A DNA stretch of 64,000 nucleotides from an uncultured virus (IMG/VR IMGVR_UViG_3300035162_003276) (lineage: Duplodnaviria > Heunggongvirae > Uroviricota > Caudoviricetes), in IMG/VR virus record IMGVR_UViG_3300035162_003276; one strand, 5' to 3'. The notes below the pieces were generated by a model. It did no database searches and was not told the origin of the DNA. It worked only from the letters and a program-made list of their open reading frames with translations. A program made the position numbers and the translations under genes. Of this stretch, positions 1 to 7,439 are shown piece after piece; positions within the stretch are counted from its first letter, which is position 1; each line of letters starts with the position of its first letter.

Positions 1-97
1 TGAAGATCGACAGAAGTCGAACTACATGATGCTTGACAACGAGGGTCATGTGAATAATAAGAAATGCCGCTTGACTTTCGGTGAATCGGCTGTATAA
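1..97 (+). CDS. 3' end of a hypothetical protein (partial)
   Basis: Open frame from position 2 (EDRQKSNYMMLDNEGH...SAV) to TAA at 95-97; start lies outside the window. Confidence 0.35.
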   Translation, partial: EDRQKSNYMMLDNEGHVNNKKCRLTFGESAV

Positions 98-98
98 T
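71..98 (+). promoter_or_regulatory. sigma70-type early promoter
   Basis: TTGACT-N16-TATAAT just upstream of tRNA-Ile. Confidence 0.75.
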
Positions 99-108
99 TA
101 ATGAACAC

Positions 109-182
109 GGGCCGTGGGAGGAATGGTTTTTCTCAGTCCGACTTATAATCGGGTAAACGTGGTTCGAATCCACGACGGCCTA
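109..182 (+). tRNA. tRNA-Ile(UAU)
   Basis: Acceptor GGGCCGT/ACGGCCT, anticodon arm TCCGA-CTTATAA-TCGGG, T-arm CGTGG-TTCGAAT-CCACG; D-arm atypical. Confidence 0.8.
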
Positions 183-194
183 TTTGGAATTGAT

Positions 195-404
195 ATGATC
201 CCATACACAAAAAAAATCTTTGGAGTTGATGTACCAGTGAATTGGCGAAACTTGAATTGGAATAATCGTAACCGTCTCCTGACTGCTGATGAAAAGAACA
301 AAGGATGGACCGCCCCGCGAGATCACACACGGAATGCTCCCAAGTATTCCAATGGTCGTCACGTTCCGATCAATACTCGTATCGCGGTGGCAGAAACCGA
401 ATGA
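195..404 (+). CDS. hypothetical protein
   Basis: ATG after the tRNA (MIPYTKK...); stop overlaps the next start (ATGA). Confidence 0.6.
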   Translation: MIPYTKKIFGVDVPVNWRNLNWNNRNRLLTADEKNKGWTAPRDHTRNAPKYSNGRHVPINTRIAVAETE

Positions 405-985
405 ACATCTTTGCTGTTTCATCGAATCCAAAGGAAGCTGCGGAAATGCTTTGTGACAAGCATATTGTAAAGATGCCAATCGAGTCGGCACAAATGCTTT
501 CGACTACACACCGTTTCCTTGACGGAACCGAAACCGTTGCAATCGCTATCAACGGTCGTCGGTACAAGACATGGACACACCCCTCAGACGCACTAGGATC
601 GCCTCTGTACCGTTCTACGATGATAAACCACCCGTGTACCATCTGGACGAGAGAAACGATCGAAAACTACCTCTGGCACGCCCAGCACGCGATGGAACTT
701 TGCCGCGAATACACTCGTCGGTACGATCGCATCCACGGATCCCAGAAGGTAATCGAATGGTGCGTCAAGAACATTCCCACCAACATCACCTCCGGCGATC
801 TGACGCCGTTTGCACAGGCAATGCCAGATGAGTACAAAGATTCTACCAATTCGGTAAATGCGTACCGTCAGTACTATATTGGTGCTAAATTCACATTTGC
901 CAAGTGGAAGTCCGGGTTCGTCCCAGACTGGTGGCCCCGAAAAAACTTTCGGAAAAATCAAGACAACCTATTGACAACCGCCTGA
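401..985 (+). CDS. pyrimidine-dimer DNA glycosylase / endonuclease V-like protein
   Basis: MNIF...DKHIVKMPIESAQMLST...NHPCTIW...FAQAMPDEYK...AYRQYY motifs typical of the phage DenV-like family. Confidence 0.85.
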   Translation: MNIFAVSSNPKEAAEMLCDKHIVKMPIESAQMLSTTHRFLDGTETVAIAINGRRYKTWTHPSDALGSPLYRSTMINHPCTIWTRETIENYLWHAQHAMELCREYTRRYDRIHGSQKVIEWCVKNIPTNITSGDLTPFAQAMPDEYKDSTNSVNAYRQYYIGAKFTFAKWKSGFVPDWWPRKNFRKNQDNLLTTA

Positions 986-998
986 GGCATGGTATAAT
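971..998 (+). promoter_or_regulatory. sigma70-type early promoter with extended -10
   Basis: TTGACA-N16-TATAAT with TGG before the -10. Confidence 0.85.
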
Positions 999-1022
999 AT
1001 ACGCATGACCGAAAGGCAACAT

Positions 1023-1094
<72 letters not shown>

Positions 1095-1172
1095 CTTCTT
1101 TACGAGATTCACAAGGCGCGACACCGCGTGTATCTCATCTCTTTTGAATGTCGCAATTGCAGGAGTTTCATT

Positions 1173-1427
1173 ATGAACACCACTTTCACTAACGGCACCG
1201 GATCCAAGAAGCGTCGAGCCCTCGATTACCTGATGGCTGGCAAGGGTCTGACCTCGAACGAGGCGCGTAGCCGCTTCGGTATTCAGAACTTCCGAGCGAC
1301 CGTCTCGGACATCAAGGATCAGGTCGAGCGATACGGCAACTGGCGTATCGTCACCGAGGAAACCACCAACGGCACGAACCGTTACTTCCTCCGCCGCGTC
1401 CTTCTCGCTTGCCCCTCGGGTGCGTGA
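1173..1427 (+). CDS. small winged-helix/HTH DNA-binding protein
   Basis: AGGAG RBS; LDYLMAGKGLTSNEARSRFGIQNFRATVSDIK resembles phage wHTH proteins. Confidence 0.7.
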   Translation: MNTTFTNGTGSKKRRALDYLMAGKGLTSNEARSRFGIQNFRATVSDIKDQVERYGNWRIVTEETTNGTNRYFLRRVLLACPSGA

Positions 1428-1436
1428 GTGACGTAT

Positions 1437-1554
1437 GATGAGACTGGGGACGAGTAATCGTATCCCCAGTCTCGTTCTGGGAACAAGAGTTACGTCCTGT
1501 TGTTTCTTGGGGAATGTCCAGTACCCAACAGGCAACCAACGACACCTTGTTCCC
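1437..1554 (+). ncRNA. candidate structured RNA (two hairpins) upstream of tRNA-Leu
   Basis: GAGACTGGGGA-CGA-GTAA-TCG-TA-TCCCCAGTCTC (1440-1473), then GGGAACAAG (1479-1487)/CTTGTTCCC (1546-1554) with inner pairings. Confidence 0.45.
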
Positions 1555-1558
1555 TCTT

Positions 1559-1632
1559 GCCCTCGTAGCCCAATTGGCAGAGGCGTCTGGTTTAGGTCCA
1601 GATTGTTACAGGTTCGAGTCCTGTCGAGGGTA
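1559..1632 (+). tRNA. tRNA-Leu(UAG), short variable loop
   Basis: Anticodon arm TCTGG-TTTAGGT-CCAGA; GGTTCGAGTCC. Confidence 0.9.
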
Positions 1633-1638
1633 TTTGTT

Positions 1639-1712
1639 GGGCGATTAACTCAGTTGGCTAGAGTGTTTCCTTTACACGGAAGAAGTCGGGGGTTCGAGTC
1701 CCTCATCGCTCA
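1639..1712 (+). tRNA. tRNA-Val(UAC)
   Basis: Anticodon arm TTTCC-TTTACAC-GGAAG; canonical D and T loops. Confidence 0.95.
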
Positions 1713-1726
1713 CTAAGGAGATAAAT

Positions 1727-1879
1727 ATGAATTTCTACACCAAAGTACAAATCGACACAGAGGACATCCCGATCCTCGAAGCATACGCGAAGGAAATGAA
1801 AATGACGATGGAACAAGTCATTGAATACTTCGCTCAAGACTATGTAAACAAAATTCGGGAGCGATGGCAGAGCGGTTGA
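1727..1879 (+). CDS. 50-aa hypothetical protein (possibly ribbon-helix-helix-like)
   Basis: AAGGAG RBS; MNFYTKVQIDTEDIPILEAYAKEMKMTMEQVIEYFAQDY...; 3' end overlaps tRNA-Ser. Confidence 0.55.
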   Translation: MNFYTKVQIDTEDIPILEAYAKEMKMTMEQVIEYFAQDYVNKIRERWQSG

Positions 1880-1946
1880 ATGCGGTGGTCTTGAAAACCA
1901 CTGAACCGTGTAAGCGGTTCCGGGGGTTCGAATCCCTCTCGCTCCG
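1858..1946 (+). tRNA. tRNA-Ser(UGA)
   Basis: Anticodon arm GTGGT-CTTGAAA-ACCAC; long variable arm; G discriminator. Confidence 0.95.
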
Positions 1947-1950
1947 TATA

Positions 1951-2021
1951 TGTCCCTTGGTGTAATGGTAGCACCGGAGATTTTGGTTCTCCTTGTCCAA
2001 GTTCAAATCTTGGAGGGACAA
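1951..2021 (+). tRNA. tRNA-Gln(UUG)
   Basis: Anticodon arm GGAGA-TTTTGGT-TCTCC; acceptor TGTCCCT/AGGGACA. Confidence 0.93.
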
Positions 2022-2043
2022 TTGAAAAAGTCAAGAAAAAGTC

Positions 2044-2071
2044 TTGACAGACAATACCTAACGAGTATAAT
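2044..2071 (+). promoter_or_regulatory. sigma70-type early promoter overlapped by inverted repeats
   Basis: TTGACA-N16-TATAAT. Confidence 0.85.
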
Positions 2072-2094
2072 ACTCGTATGACAAGTGAATAAAT

Positions 2095-2374
2095 GTGCGG
2101 GAGACTAATTACCTCCCACACGGGACTCGCATAATAATCTCCCACGAATGGGGATAGTGCAACCTCCAAATGGTTTAGCGACCTGTCCGTATGATGCAGA
2201 AATGCTTGTATGAGATGATCCTTAGCGGGATGAGTGGAGGAGTTGAAGCAGGTTACTACCGACATTGTACGTTCGTGCTGCTTCTTTCAGGTATACAATA
2301 ACCCTGAGTCCCATGATATATCGCCTTGTAGGGGAGGAACCGTGGCCTTGAACCCGGCGCACTCCCCTACTGGC
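2095..2374 (+). ncRNA. candidate large multibranched ncRNA in the tRNA cluster
   Basis: No credible + strand ORF; closing stem GGGACTC (2122-2128)/GAGTCCC (2306-2312) with nested stems, plus flanking hairpins; directly downstream of a promoter. Confidence 0.65.
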
Positions 2375-2380
2375 ATTATT

Positions 2381-2452
2381 GGCCCTATCGTCTAGTGGTT
2401 AGGACACGAGATTTTCATTCTCGTAACCGGAGTTCGATTCTCCGTAGGGTCA
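2381..2452 (+). tRNA. tRNA-Glu(UUC)
   Basis: Anticodon arm CGAGA-TTTTCAT-TCTCG. Confidence 0.95.
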
Positions 2453-2476
2453 TTCAATTTTTATGGAGGTTCAATT

Positions 2477-2647
2477 ATGAACAAGTTTTTTGATATGTTG
2501 ACCAAGGTTTTTTACGTTCTTGCCATTCTGTCTATCTTCTATTCGGTTCACGTTTACCAGACAGACGCAACCCGTGGCATCTTCATTGGTCTGTGGGTTC
2601 CTACTCTTCTTCTACTCGGCCCTTCCTGCCCTTGGCGGAAGAGCTGA
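2477..2647 (+). CDS. 56-aa small membrane protein
   Basis: GGAGG RBS; two hydrophobic segments (VFYVLAILSIFYSV, GIFIGLWVPTLLLL). Confidence 0.7.
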   Translation: MNKFFDMLTKVFYVLAILSIFYSVHVYQTDATRGIFIGLWVPTLLLLGPSCPWRKS

Positions 2648-2677
2648 CTAGGTAAACCGTTTCTAAAGGAGAAACAC

Positions 2678-2815
2678 ATGCTTTCTGATATTACTACTTC
2701 GGAAGTTCTCGGTACTATTTTTTACACCCTCGTCGTCTTCACCGCCGGTGCAGTCGCGGGACCCAAGTTCTTTTCTTGGATTGGTGGACTGATGCCGTGG
2801 AATAAGTCCAGCTGA
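2678..2815 (+). CDS. 45-aa small membrane protein
   Basis: AAGGAG RBS; VLGTIFYTLVVFTAGAVAG hydrophobic helix. Confidence 0.7.
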   Translation: MLSDITTSEVLGTIFYTLVVFTAGAVAGPKFFSWIGGLMPWNKSS

Positions 2816-2930
2816 TTAATTAATGATATGACTAATGTATTATATTATTGTCATCCGATGACGTAAACTTCGGTAGGGTCTATAGTTTGTGAGAGTCCTC
2901 ACTATACCCAAGATTCAAACTCACATTTTT

Positions 2931-3003
2931 GCCACCGTAGCTCAGTTGGTAGAGCAATGGTTTTGTAAACCATAGGTCGCAGGTTCGAGTCCTGTTGGTG
3001 GCT
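2931..3003 (+). tRNA. tRNA-Thr(UGU)
   Basis: Anticodon arm ATGGT-TTTGTAA-ACCAT. Confidence 0.95.
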
Positions 3004-3008
3004 TTTGA

Positions 3009-3081
3009 TCCCGTGTAACTCAGTTGGTAGAGTGGGTGGCTGTTAACCACCTTGTCGCTGGTTCGAGTCCAGCCGCGGGAG
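3009..3081 (+). tRNA. tRNA-Asn(GUU)
   Basis: Anticodon arm GGTGG-CTGTTAA-CCACC. Confidence 0.95.
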
Positions 3082-3087
3082 TTTATA

Positions 3088-3162
<75 letters not shown>

Positions 3163-3166
3163 TGAT

Positions 3167-3239
3167 GGGCCTGTAACTCAATTGGGAGAGTATTTCGTTT
3201 GCATCGAAAAGGTTGCTGGTTCGAGTCCAGTCAGGTCCA
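3167..3239 (+). tRNA. tRNA-Ala(UGC)
   Basis: Anticodon arm TTTCG-TTTGCAT-CGAAA; G3:U70 identity pair. Confidence 0.95.
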
Positions 3240-3253
3240 TTCGGAGAAGTGTA

Positions 3254-3388
3254 ATGGGTGAACAACACAGTGCAGGTAAAGGCGACAAATATCGCCAAGT
3301 AGATAGTAAGAAGTACCGAGAAAACTACGAAAAGATTTTCGGTAAGAAAAAGAAAACAGTCACAAAGAAAAAGGACAAGAAATCATGA
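3254..3388 (+). CDS. small basic hypothetical protein
   Basis: GGAG RBS; GKGDKYR...YRENYEKIFGKK; ATGA coupling to the next gene. Confidence 0.7.
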   Translation: MGEQHSAGKGDKYRQVDSKKYRENYEKIFGKKKKTVTKKKDKKS

Positions 3389-3699
3389 GCAATATTCAAG
3401 TAATCTCCCTAACCACCGGCGAGCAACTTCTTACGGAAGTCAGCGACCATATCGGCGAACAAACCATTGTTCGCAAGCCCGCCATCCTCGTCCCTGCGGG
3501 TGAGGGTAAGATCGGACTCGCACCATATGCGCCGTATGCAGATACCGAGTCTATCAAGATTAACGACGCCAACATCGTTTGGTCTTCTGATGCAGTTGAA
3601 GACCTTGCAAATGAGTACCGATCTGCTTTCGGTAGCGGTATCGTCTCAGTTCCTGCGGGTGCTGTTGGTGGCATTCCTGATCTCAAGATCACGGATTGA
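3385..3699 (+). CDS. conserved T4-like phage protein, probable Sm-like fold
   Basis: IQVISLTTGEQLL...GLAPYAPYA...LANEYRSAFGSGIV pattern. Confidence 0.65.
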   Translation: MSNIQVISLTTGEQLLTEVSDHIGEQTIVRKPAILVPAGEGKIGLAPYAPYADTESIKINDANIVWSSDAVEDLANEYRSAFGSGIVSVPAGAVGGIPDLKITD

Positions 3700-3705
3700 T
3701 ACTTT

Positions 3706-3779
<74 letters not shown>

Positions 3780-3784
3780 TTCGA

Positions 3785-3857
3785 GGGGTCGTAGCCCAAC
3801 GGCAGAGGCAACGGACTTAAAATCCGTACAGTGCGGGTTCGAATCCCGCCGATCCTA
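3785..3857 (+). tRNA. tRNA-Leu(UAA), short variable loop
   Basis: Anticodon arm ACGGA-CTTAAAA-TCCGT; GGTTCGAATCC. Confidence 0.9.
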
Positions 3858-3859
3858 TT

Positions 3860-4387
3860 ATGCAAGAAAACAGAAACATCATTGACCATTACCACTACTG
3901 GAAACACGATGCAATACTGGCCGATCTTGACGAAAAGCGACATGATTATTCCGTACTTTGTACAAACTTACATAATGACTTCAATATTGCTACTGTTATT
4001 CGTAACGCGAACGCCTTCCTCGCAGAAGAAGTCATCATCTACGGATCAAAGCAGTGGGACCGACGCGGCGCAGTAGGAACCCACAATTACAATCGAATGG
4101 TTTATTTTAAGGAAGACGAGCATGAACGACTTCTGGACAAAATATCTGATTATCATATCGTCTGTGTGGATAACATTGAAGGTAGTCGAGACATTTCTAC
4201 ACTTGATTGGCCTAAAGAAAAGCATACACTACTGGTCTTCGGTCAGGAGCAAGTCGGAGTCCCTAAAGAATTTATCGAAGTAGCAGACGACATTGCGTAC
4301 ATTCCACAATACGGAACTGTTCGTAGTCTGAATGTTGGAACCGCATCGGGAATTGCGATGCACGAATATTGTTCCAAAAGTGCTTGA
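3860..4387 (+). CDS. SpoU/TrmH-family (SPOUT) RNA 2'-O-methyltransferase
   Basis: SPOUT motifs NIATVIRNANAF, LVFGQEQVG, IPQYGTVRSLNVGTA. Confidence 0.9.
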   Translation: MQENRNIIDHYHYWKHDAILADLDEKRHDYSVLCTNLHNDFNIATVIRNANAFLAEEVIIYGSKQWDRRGAVGTHNYNRMVYFKEDEHERLLDKISDYHIVCVDNIEGSRDISTLDWPKEKHTLLVFGQEQVGVPKEFIEVADDIAYIPQYGTVRSLNVGTASGIAMHEYCSKSA

Positions 4388-4411
4388 CAACGAAACTCAT
4401 CGTGGTATAAT
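4384..4411 (+). promoter_or_regulatory. sigma70-type early promoter with extended -10
   Basis: TTGACA-N16-TATAAT; ATG follows after 6 nt. Confidence 0.85.
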
Positions 4412-4417
4412 TTGATT

Positions 4418-4603
4418 ATGGCAAAACGAGAACTAGATCAATTTGATTTGGAAGCAGAACGAGAAGGAAGTGCAATCCGATCGCATCGGGGCATTCCCGA
4501 AACTGCTTATGGTAAGGGTATCACCAAGCAACGTAACATGCACAAGCGTGGTGCCGAAATTCAAACAACTAGAATTATAAAAAGAGGTGGTTGGATGTCA
4601 TGA
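4418..4603 (+). CDS. hypothetical protein (probably leaderless mRNA)
   Basis: ATG at the predicted transcription start; ATGA overlap with the next gene. Confidence 0.6.
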   Translation: MAKRELDQFDLEAEREGSAIRSHRGIPETAYGKGITKQRNMHKRGAEIQTTRIIKRGGWMS

Positions 4604-4743
4604 CGAAAGAAATGATATCCGAACTAATCAAAGATTTATCTGAGTGCAGGTATCGTACTGATCTCCGAGATGCCGGTAGAATTCTGGATCTCATCCGAAG
4701 ATCAGAAGAAGCACTGAGAAAAATTGAGGCAAACTATGAATAG
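4600..4743 (+). CDS. 47-aa hypothetical protein
   Basis: MTKEMISELIKDLSECRYRTD...; fills the gap between overlapping neighbours. Confidence 0.5.
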   Translation: MTKEMISELIKDLSECRYRTDLRDAGRILDLIRRSEEALRKIEANYE

Positions 4744-5119
4744 AGAACCAACGATTTATGTTGCAGGTCCGATGCGTGGGTTTGAAAACTACAACTACCC
4801 AGCGTTCGATAGGTGTGCGAGGGTACTCCGCGAGCAAGGATGGGTAGTAATCAATCCTGCTGAATTGGACAGAGAACAAGGTAAACCGACATCACCCTCA
4901 TATGACTTCGATCCAGAGAACTGCTACGAAGATCATGAGTTTATGCGGTCTGCTCTTCGTCGAGACATGGTTGCAATCTGTGATGATTGTACAGCAGTCT
5001 ATATGATGAGTGGATGGGAAAAGAGTAAAGGCGCAAAAGCAGAGTTATCACTTGCCAAGGCACTGGGCCTTGACGTATACTACGAAGCACCTCTCCCCAA
5101 AGTAAGGAACGTAAAATGA
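4736..5119 (+). CDS. DUF4406 / nucleoside 2-deoxyribosyltransferase-like protein
   Basis: IYVAGPM...NYPAF...VINPA...GWEKSKGAKAE motifs. Confidence 0.85.
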   Translation: MNREPTIYVAGPMRGFENYNYPAFDRCARVLREQGWVVINPAELDREQGKPTSPSYDFDPENCYEDHEFMRSALRRDMVAICDDCTAVYMMSGWEKSKGAKAELSLAKALGLDVYYEAPLPKVRNVK

Positions 5120-5412
5120 ATAACGATGAAAAGACTATGAAGAAGGTTCTGCCCCGCATGGTGGAAGAATGGATTGGTATGGAAGATGTTTGTTTTGTGA
5201 CTGGTAAGATCATCGGTCGTGATGATCTCTCTCGATTTACTTACGAATTTGATGCGTGGGTATCGGAAGAAGGACAGCGGCAGATCGAAGAACGTGCTAG
5301 GGGCGAAGAACCCGACGCAGAATCAGAAATCATGTTCCGGGAATGGTACGCACAAGATGAGGCCAAGGCGGCAAACGAATCGAACGACGAATTCCGAAGG
5401 TGGCACAAGTGA
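5116..5412 (+). CDS. hypothetical protein
   Basis: 98-aa ORF coupled to neighbours on both sides. Confidence 0.65.
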   Translation: MNNDEKTMKKVLPRMVEEWIGMEDVCFVTGKIIGRDDLSRFTYEFDAWVSEEGQRQIEERARGEEPDAESEIMFREWYAQDEAKAANESNDEFRRWHK

Positions 5413-5687
5413 GAGCGTTTAGTACTGTAGAACTGCTTGTTGTTATTTCTATCATTGCAATTTTGATTTCTATTCTTAACATTGCCGAAACGATGGATTC
5501 CCAGAAGGAAGAAATCAATAAGGCAAATTCTAAGGCGACTGCAACTCAAATGCTATGGATGGAACGCATGGATGATCCCAATCCTGTTCGCGGTATCTGG
5601 GAATGGGAAGATGAAAACGGCGACGTTTGGGTTATGTTCCGCGAGTCCACTCGCGTTCACAACATGGGGGACATTGTACTACCATGA
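5409..5687 (+). CDS. prepilin-type N-terminal cleavage/methylation domain protein
   Basis: GTG start; RA|FSTVELLVVISIIAILISIL matches a class III signal peptide (F+1, E+5). Confidence 0.8.
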   Translation: MRAFSTVELLVVISIIAILISILNIAETMDSQKEEINKANSKATATQMLWMERMDDPNPVRGIWEWEDENGDVWVMFRESTRVHNMGDIVLP

Positions 5688-5905
5688 GTAATGAAATTCA
5701 TGATTTTGCTGGACCGTACCAGATTCATACTCACCCCGATCGTGATATTGTCTTTATCAAGAACGAAGGCATGAACGGTCTTGGTGGGGCGTATGATTAC
5801 GACAGTCCTCGACTCCTTGAGATTGTTCATAAGAAGATTGCCGAACATGAAACGGCACTGATGAAGTGGAATGTTCTACTTGAAAGGATTAAAGATAATG
5901 GCTAA
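5684..5905 (+). CDS. hypothetical protein
   Basis: ATG overlapping the upstream stop (MSNEIHDF...). Confidence 0.6.
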   Translation: MSNEIHDFAGPYQIHTHPDRDIVFIKNEGMNGLGGAYDYDSPRLLEIVHKKIAEHETALMKWNVLLERIKDNG

Positions 5906-6425
5906 TGTAATTGTAAACAATATTCAGATTAGTTTTGACCCCGATCAAACAAAAGTTGCACAGGAAATTTTTGATTCGTTCCATTCACTCGACGATCAAT
6001 TTGCGTCGGCCGATCTTTCTACTCTCTATGAGAATCCCGAGAACACCCGAGGGTGGTGGGAAGAAAACATTGGTGCTAAGTGGGCGCGTATTCAGGACAT
6101 GAGTCTGGATCCGGGGGAAATGATGATAAACATCGAGTCCGCATGGACCCATGTTGATCCGTTCGTCCATCGTCTCATGGAGATGTTTAATAACCAATGT
6201 ACAATTCGTCACGAATGGGTAGACGAGTGGCCTACTGAGTTTGGGTATCGTGTATACGACCACGGTGTTTTTTCCGATGAGGAAGAATTCGTGTACACCG
6301 AAGAAGAGATCCACGAGGAATATAACAAGGCACACAAAACCACAGGCGAACCTACACAAGATGAGATGTGGGATTGGGTTTGGGACTGGTGCTACAGTAA
6401 GATCACTGAGCCTGCGGAACAATAG
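5898..6425 (+). CDS. Api92/YubB ferredoxin-like domain protein
   Basis: WWEENIGAKW...IESAW pattern resembles the W..NWGTKW...TAW signature. Confidence 0.6.
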   Translation: MANVIVNNIQISFDPDQTKVAQEIFDSFHSLDDQFASADLSTLYENPENTRGWWEENIGAKWARIQDMSLDPGEMMINIESAWTHVDPFVHRLMEMFNNQCTIRHEWVDEWPTEFGYRVYDHGVFSDEEEFVYTEEEIHEEYNKAHKTTGEPTQDEMWDWVWDWCYSKITEPAEQ

Positions 6426-7167
6426 ACCGCACCCAGTTACGGTAGTACTCGATACTGGCACACCCATTGTCGAGTATCTTTCCGTTGGTCAGTAGCCTGA
6501 AGTGCGTAACGATTCCGATTAGTTCGCCTTCCTCGGTATAGACTGGACCACCAGAGTCACCGTGAAACACGCTTGCGTTGATGGGTTGCATGTAAAGAAT
6601 GTGTGGTTCTTTCATCAGTCTTCCATAGTATGTAAATACATCATCATCGGATACTTTGCGAGTACTAAACGAGTACCCGACAATTTTCAATGACTGGAAA
6701 GATGAAACTGTATCTTTAGGATCATCACCAAACAAATCTGTATGTGGAACCTCATTCGATTCTGATTGCAATACAAGTATTGCGATATCATGATCCACAG
6801 AGATGTCTTCTGTGATTGGGTGAATTAATATTCGACACACAGGAATGGTATCGCCGTCATACTCTTCCCAGATCAATTGTTCTTCGGCTGTTGCGACATG
6901 AGCAGCAGTCAAGACATGGGTTGGTGAGATAAGAACCCCAGTGCCAATAACAGTACCATTTTCTCTGGTAATACAACCCGCTGCTGGGTATGGATCATTT
7001 GATGTTGAGGGTATAGACCAGAAAGAAACCATTTGCTCAAGTACACGGTCTGTGACATCCGGTACTGGCGGTACTTCCCTGTTGTTCTCCGCAGGAGTGG
7101 AAACACAACTCCAGAGGACGGTGCATAGCAAAAAGGCTGATAGATACCACACCTTAGAGAATCGCAT
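6403..7167 (-). CDS. trypsin-like (S1) serine protease, probable lipoprotein
   Basis: Triad motifs LTAAHV, HDIAIL, GDSGGP; signal peptide ending LWSC. Confidence 0.9.
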   Translation of the reverse strand: MRFSKVWYLSAFLLCTVLWSCVSTPAENNREVPPVPDVTDRVLEQMVSFWSIPSTSNDPYPAAGCITRENGTVIGTGVLISPTHVLTAAHVATAEEQLIWEEYDGDTIPVCRILIHPITEDISVDHDIAILVLQSESNEVPHTDLFGDDPKDTVSSFQSLKIVGYSFSTRKVSDDDVFTYYGRLMKEPHILYMQPINASVFHGDSGGPVYTEEGELIGIVTHFRLLTNGKILDNGCASIEYYRNWVRSIVPQAQ

Positions 7168-7208
7168 TACTTTATGTATACATTATATGGTCGAGAAAGG
7201 TTCAAAAA

Positions 7209-7439
7209 ATGTTCGAACAACAATATGCAAATACAATGCTTTTAATTATGACCACTATGAATATGTTCCTTGGTGCGTTGATGATTTTTGAAGTTATTCC
7301 CGTAGAATACGGAATGTCTCTTGCATTCTTCGGAATGTTTGGTATGATATGGAAATGTAAGCGGGATCTCATGGGCAATGTTCGCCTCTGGGAGAATCCA
7401 AAGCAGTATCGTGAAAGGAAAAAGAATGAATTGTCTTGA
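7209..7439 (+). CDS. small membrane protein
   Basis: Two hydrophobic segments; AAAGG upstream. Confidence 0.6.
   Translation: MFEQQYANTMLLIMTTMNMFLGALMIFEVIPVEYGMSLAFFGMFGMIWKCKRDLMGNVRLWENPKQYRERKKNELS

Noticed and set aside
33..60. Additional promoter at TTGACA (33-38)
   Set aside because: No good -10 at 16-18 bp; lies inside a probable coding frame
2122..2374. RNase P, tmRNA or group I intron identity for the structured RNA (AGTGCAAC, GAGGAA, GAACCCGGC, GAGACTA words)
   Set aside because: The words are in the wrong order or form a local hairpin; no P4 pseudoknot, no GGTTCRA T-loop with G3:U70, and no P/Q/R/S arrangement
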